From: Halobacteriaceae archaeon
GTDB lineage: Archaea; Halobacteriota; Halobacteria; Halobacteriales; Halobacteriaceae
Reading direction: 5' to 3'
DNA length: 29,658 nucleotides
Assembly: GCA_042216675.1 (NCBI GenBank)
Contig: JBDGTS010000057.1
Span: forward strand, 1 to 29,658
The translations under genes were made by a program, and so were the position numbers. This document shows, piece after piece, positions 25,488 to 29,658 of the stretch. The notes beneath the pieces were generated by a model that searched no databases, had not been told where the DNA came from, and was given only the letters and a program-made list of their open reading frames with translations. Every line of letters begins with the position of its first letter. The first letter of the stretch is position 1.

Positions 25488-27595
25488 TCTTCGAGGGCCT
25501 CCTGTTCGACCGTGAGTCGCAAGTCGAGTGCCAGCACGCCGTCCGCAGTGGCGAGCAGCGGGTTCACGTCCAGTTCCGCGATGGCGGGGAAGTCGGTGAC
25601 CAGTTGCGAGAGGCGCTGAATCGCCTCCACCACGGCGTCCTCGTCCACCGGGTCCCGGCCGCGGGCGCCCCGCAACAGCGGTGCCGAGTCGAGTTCGTCG
25701 AGCATCGCCCGCGTCTCGCCTTCGCTCGCCGGGGCCACGCGAACCGCGGTGTCCTCGAACACCTCGACGAAGACGCCGCCGAGGCCGAAGAGGAGCAACG
25801 GGCCGAACTGCGGGTCGCGGTTCGCCCCCAGAATCGTCTCGACGCCGGCGTCGGTATCCACCATCTCCTGTACCTGCACCCCGAGCACGGTGGCGTCGGA
25901 CTGGTAGTTGCGGGCCCGAGTCACCAGCGACTCGTACACGTCGGCCGCGTCCGCGGGCGCGACACCGACCTCGACGCCGCCGATGTCGGACTTGTGGAGG
26001 ATGTCCGGACTGACGATTTTCATCACCACCTCGTCGCCGACGTCGTGCGCGGCGCGTTCGGCGTCGTCGGCGCTCTCGACGACTTCGCCCTCGGGCGTCG
26101 GGATTCCGTAGGCGTCCAGCAGGGCCATCGCCTCGACGCCGAGACGGTTCGACTCGCGGCGCGCCGTCCGGTGGAGAATCTCGCGCGCCCGCTCCCGGTC
26201 CACGTCGAACTCGGCCGGCGGTTCGTACTCCCGTTCACGGACGGCGGCGTACTTCCGGAGGACGTCGAGGCTCCCGACGGCGCGGGCCGGGTCGAAGTAC
26301 GTCGGGATGCCCGCCGTCGAGAGGGTGGCTTCGGCGCTCGCCGTGTCCTCGCCGCCCATCAGCGACGCCGCGACGGGCAGGCCGGTGTCCTCGTGGACCG
26401 AGACCACGCGTTCGGCGAGGGCGTCGAAGTCGAGGACCGCCGTCGGGCAGGCGACGACGACGGCCGCGGACACGGCGTCGTCGGCGAGCGCCGTCTCCAG
26501 CGCCGTCTCGAAGCGCTCGGCGGGCGCGTCGCCGATGACGTCGACGGGGTTGTAGCGATTCGCGTTCTCCGGCAGGGCATCGCCGAGGGCCGCCACGGTG
26601 TCGTCCCCGAACGACGCGAGTTCGAGGCCCGAGTCGCCGACGGCGTCCGTCGCCATGACGCCCGGGCCGCCCGCGTTCGTCACGATGGCCACTCGCCCGT
26701 CCGCGGGGAGCGGTTGCCCGTCGAGGATGCGGGCGGCGTCGAACAGCGACTGCACGGACTCCGCGCGGACGACGCCCGCTTGTTCGAGGCCGGCCTCGTA
26801 GGCGCGTTCGCTCCCGGCGAGCGCCCCCGTGTGGGACGCCGCGGCCGACGCGCCGGCCGCCGTGCGCCCGGACTTGACGGCGACGATGGGCGTCTCCGCC
26901 GTCACCTCGCGCGCCGTCTCGATGAACGCCTGCCCGTCGCTCACGTCTTCGAGGTAGGCCAGAATCACGTCCGTCTCGGGGTCAGCACCCCACGCGGCCG
27001 CGAAGTCGCGTTCGTCGAGGACGGCCTTGTTGCCAAGCGACACGATGTCCTTGAATCCCACGTCGCGGTCCGCCGCCCAGTCGAGGACGGCGGTGACGAA
27101 CGCGCCCGACTGGCTCATGAACGAGACGCTGCCGGGGGCTGCCATTCGCGGGCCGAACGTCGCGTTGAGGCCCGCGGGCGTGCTCATCACCCCGAGGCTG
27201 TTCGGCCCCACGAGGTCGAGGTCGTACTCGTCGGCTACCGCCCGCAGGTCCCGTTCGCGGGCGGCGCCCTCCGCGCCCGATTCGCCGAAGCCAGCGGTGA
27301 TGACGACGACGCTCTCCACGCCCGACTCGCCCACGTCCCGAACAGCGTCGACGACGGCGCCGGGCGGCACGACGACGACGGCGAGGTCCACCGGGTCGGG
27401 AACCTCGCTCACGGCGTCGTGACACGGCTCTCCCAGCACCGTCTCGCGGTTCGGGTTCACCGCCACGACGTCGCCACCGAAGTCCGCTCGGAGGTTGTCC
27501 AGAATCGCCCGGCCGACGGAGCCGGGTTTCTCGCTAGCGCCGACGACGGCGACTCGGTCTGGCGCGAACAACGACGACAGCCGTTCTCCCGTCAC
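25484..27595 (-). CDS. acdAB: Acetate--CoA ligase (ADP-forming), fused alpha/beta
   Basis: LFAPDRVAVVGAS, GPNSLG, SQSGA, SHTGALAG (phospho-His), TNAGGPG, NPVD, HKSDIGGV ATP-grasp, ELDVNPL. Confidence 0.93.
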   Translation of the reverse strand: MTGERLSSLFAPDRVAVVGASEKPGSVGRAILDNLRADFGGDVVAVNPNRETVLGEPCHDAVSEVPDPVDLAVVVVPPGAVVDAVRDVGESGVESVVVITAGFGESGAEGAARERDLRAVADEYDLDLVGPNSLGVMSTPAGLNATFGPRMAAPGSVSFMSQSGAFVTAVLDWAADRDVGFKDIVSLGNKAVLDERDFAAAWGADPETDVILAYLEDVSDGQAFIETAREVTAETPIVAVKSGRTAAGASAAASHTGALAGSERAYEAGLEQAGVVRAESVQSLFDAARILDGQPLPADGRVAIVTNAGGPGVMATDAVGDSGLELASFGDDTVAALGDALPENANRYNPVDVIGDAPAERFETALETALADDAVSAAVVVACPTAVLDFDALAERVVSVHEDTGLPVAASLMGGEDTASAEATLSTAGIPTYFDPARAVGSLDVLRKYAAVREREYEPPAEFDVDRERAREILHRTARRESNRLGVEAMALLDAYGIPTPEGEVVESADDAERAAHDVGDEVVMKIVSPDILHKSDIGGVEVGVAPADAADVYESLVTRARNYQSDATVLGVQVQEMVDTDAGVETILGANRDPQFGPLLLFGLGGVFVEVFEDTAVRVAPASEGETRAMLDELDSAPLLRGARGRDPVDEDAVVEAIQRLSQLVTDFPAIAELDVNPLLATADGVLALDLRLTVEQEALEE

Positions 27596-27709
27596 AGTCG
27601 GCGTTCGGCCGGTCGGGATTTATACGTCCGGCCTGTTCTCGCGGGACGAGAGTCGTCCGTGATTGGCCGGTTACGGACCTCTATGTGGCGTCGCGCCCTC
27701 CGCCCCCGC

Positions 27710-28105
27710 ATGCACGTCGAGATCGAGACCACCGACCGCGTGGACGTGGTGGACGTGACCGACCGCGTGGCCGCGGCCGTCCCCGACGACTGCGCGGCCG
27801 GGACGTGCCACGTCTTCGTCCGCCACACGACGGCGGGCCTCGTGGTGCAGGAACGGGAGTCCCGCCTGCTGGCCGATCTGACGGACCGCCTCGCGGACCT
27901 CGTGCCGGCGTCGGACGGCTACCGTCACGACGAACTCGACGGCAACGCCGACGCGCACCTGCGGGCGGCGCTGTTGGGGCCCTCGGTGACGGTGCCGGTC
28001 CGCGACGGGTCGCTCGCCCTCGGGACGTGGCAGTCGCTCCTGTTGGTGGAGTGTGACGGCCCCCGGACGCGCGAGGTGGCCGTGACGGTGACGCCGGCCG
28101 ACTAG
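27710..28105 (+). CDS. yjbQ: YjbQ/UPF0047 family (secondary thiamine-phosphate synthase-like)
   Basis: HTTAGL, YRHD..DGNADAHL, LGTWQS..E.DGPRTR; it is the C-terminal end of track ORF 25604..28105, true ATG at 27710. Confidence 0.9.
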   Translation: MHVEIETTDRVDVVDVTDRVAAAVPDDCAAGTCHVFVRHTTAGLVVQERESRLLADLTDRLADLVPASDGYRHDELDGNADAHLRAALLGPSVTVPVRDGSLALGTWQSLLLVECDGPRTREVAVTVTPAD

Positions 28106-28569
28106 AGGTTCTCGCCCTGATACGACCCGTCGTAGGTGTCCGCGTGGTCCGCCGCCGCGAGGACCAGTTGCGCGATGCGGGCGTCTCGCTCGATGGTGAT
28201 TTCGTGGTACACTTCCAGCAGACCCTCGCCTTTCCCCTCGTAGCCGGCGTCCCAGACGGCCGTGTCGAGCATACAGCCGTTGCGGAGGAGCGACGACCGC
28301 GGGTAGAGGAAGCCGACGTGGCCCTCGGGAATCCGTATTGTCTCGCCGTACCGCACGACGTAGCCGCCGGCGGAGAGCGTGTACGTCGGCGGGTCGCCGC
28401 TCGGCGACAGTTCCTCGCGGGCGCCGATTTCCGTTCCCTCGCGGCCGATGTGGCCCGCGTCCGTCTGCTCGAACACGGCGTCGAGGGTCAGGTCGACCCC
28501 GTTGGGTTGGACCTGCTCCGGCGCCGTCGGCGCGACGTGGTCCGCGACGTACCGACCCGATTCGTACAT
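28102..28569 (-). CDS. Trimeric dUTPase / dCTP deaminase family protein
   Basis: QVQPNGVDLTL, PRSSLLR, WDAGYEG, RIAQL, YDGSYQ. Confidence 0.9.
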   Translation of the reverse strand: MYESGRYVADHVAPTAPEQVQPNGVDLTLDAVFEQTDAGHIGREGTEIGAREELSPSGDPPTYTLSAGGYVVRYGETIRIPEGHVGFLYPRSSLLRNGCMLDTAVWDAGYEGKGEGLLEVYHEITIERDARIAQLVLAAADHADTYDGSYQGENL

Positions 28570-28723
28570 GTGCGGTCGGGCGTCGCGGCGCGGTATAAAC
28601 GTCCCGCCACGCCCCCGTCACGGCGGCGTTTTTCGTGCGAAATTTGCCGGATGGCGGCGTAATCCTCTGGTAAGCGGACACACGCGGGATTTATAGGTAT
28701 CCGTGCGCCACCCCTAGCTAGCC

Positions 28724-29658
28724 ATGGGACAGACGCTCACCGAGAAAATCCTCGACGAACATCTCGTCGAGGGGGAGCTCGAACCCGGCGAGGAGATCGG
28801 CATCGAGATCGACCAGGTGCTGACACAGGACACGACGGGCACGATGGTCTGGCTGCAGTTCGAGGCCCTCGACCTCGAAGAGGTCCAGACCGAACTCGCG
28901 GCCCAGTACTGTGACCACCAGACCTACCAGTTCGACTTCAAGAACACCGACGACCACCGCTTCCTCCGCTCCGCGGCGGGCAAGTACGGCGCGCACTTCT
29001 CGCGCCCCGGCAACGGTATCTGCCACCAGGTCCACAAGGAGCACTTCGCGGCGCCCGGCAAGACGATGCTCGGGTCCGACTCCCACACGCCGACGCCCGG
29101 CGGCCTCGGCGAACTCGCAATCGGGTCCGGCGGCCTCGACGTCGCCGTCGCGATGGGTGGCGGCGCCTACTACGTCGAGATGCCCGAAGTCGTCAACGTC
29201 CGCCTCGAAGGGGAACTCCCCGAGTGGGCGACGGCGAAGGACGTCATCCTCGAATTGCTCCGTCGCCTCTCCGTGAAGGGCGGCGTCGGCAAGGTCCTCG
29301 AGTACACCGGTCCCGGCGTGGAGACGCTCACCGTCCCCGAGCGGACGACCATCACCAACATGGGCACGGAACTCGGCGCCACGTCCTCTATCTTCCCGAC
29401 GGACGAGCAGACCGAGGACTTCCTCTCGCGACTCGGCCGCGAGGACGAGTACGTCGAAATCGGTCCCGACGAGGACGCCGAGTACGCCGACGAGGTCGTC
29501 GTCGACCTCTCGGACCTCGAACCCCTCATCGCGAAGCCCTCGATGCCCGACGAAGTCGTCCCGGTCCGCGAAGTCGCGGGCGAGGACGTCGAACAGGTCA
29601 TCGTCGGCTCCTGTACCAACGGCGCCTACGAGGACATCCTCCCCGCCGCGAAGATGCT
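28724..29658 (+). CDS. acn: Aconitate hydratase (5' part; runs off the window end)
   Basis: MGQTLTEKIL...QDTTGTM...YCDH...PGNGICHQVH...GSDSHT...TNMGTELGA...IVGSCTNG. TTTATA at 28690-28695. Confidence 0.93.
   Translation, partial: MGQTLTEKILDEHLVEGELEPGEEIGIEIDQVLTQDTTGTMVWLQFEALDLEEVQTELAAQYCDHQTYQFDFKNTDDHRFLRSAAGKYGAHFSRPGNGICHQVHKEHFAAPGKTMLGSDSHTPTPGGLGELAIGSGGLDVAVAMGGGAYYVEMPEVVNVRLEGELPEWATAKDVILELLRRLSVKGGVGKVLEYTGPGVETLTVPERTTITNMGTELGATSSIFPTDEQTEDFLSRLGREDEYVEIGPDEDAEYADEVVVDLSDLEPLIAKPSMPDEVVPVREVAGEDVEQVIVGSCTNGAYEDILPAAKM

Noticed and set aside
28570-28723. Iron box or structured leader upstream of aconitase
   Set aside because: No TTTAGG-N4-CCTAAA match or convincing hairpin; only divergent TATA elements are visible.

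Overview
High-GC haloarchaeal (class Halobacteria) chromosomal DNA: acidic proteins, leaderless genes with TATA boxes about 25-30 nt upstream, and Tat lipoproteins. In order it holds valS (cut by the window edge), dpsA, an iron-regulated cluster (small CxxC protein, TrxR-like flavoprotein, Fe-siderophore ABC transporter) marked by five TTTAGG-N4-CCTAAA palindromes, gnd, an internally deleted BadF-type kinase, a membrane-anchored ferredoxin, a MATE pump and tRNA-Arg(CCG) with tandem copies of its 3' end. Then come a pilin-like protein, a tandem DUF2391-like protein, a repeat-rich Zn-protease lipoprotein, an HxlR regulator pair, a PhoU/TrkA-C plus MgtE operon, a PL11 rhamnogalacturonan lyase, nosL(frameshifted)-D-F-Y, an ADP-forming acetate-CoA ligase operon, yjbQ, a dUTPase/dCTP deaminase and aconitase (cut by the edge). 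The best candidate for a new system is a 10-codon Val-rich leader ORF (MSVMLSVVRR, tandem rare GTA codons) with mutually exclusive 1:2/2:3/3:4 helices upstream of valS, i.e. a putative archaeal ribosome-mediated attenuator. Second are the ~80-bp hairpin modules flanked by 22-25-bp duplications of gene 3' ends (tRNA-Arg and gnd). All family calls are by eye; no searches were run.
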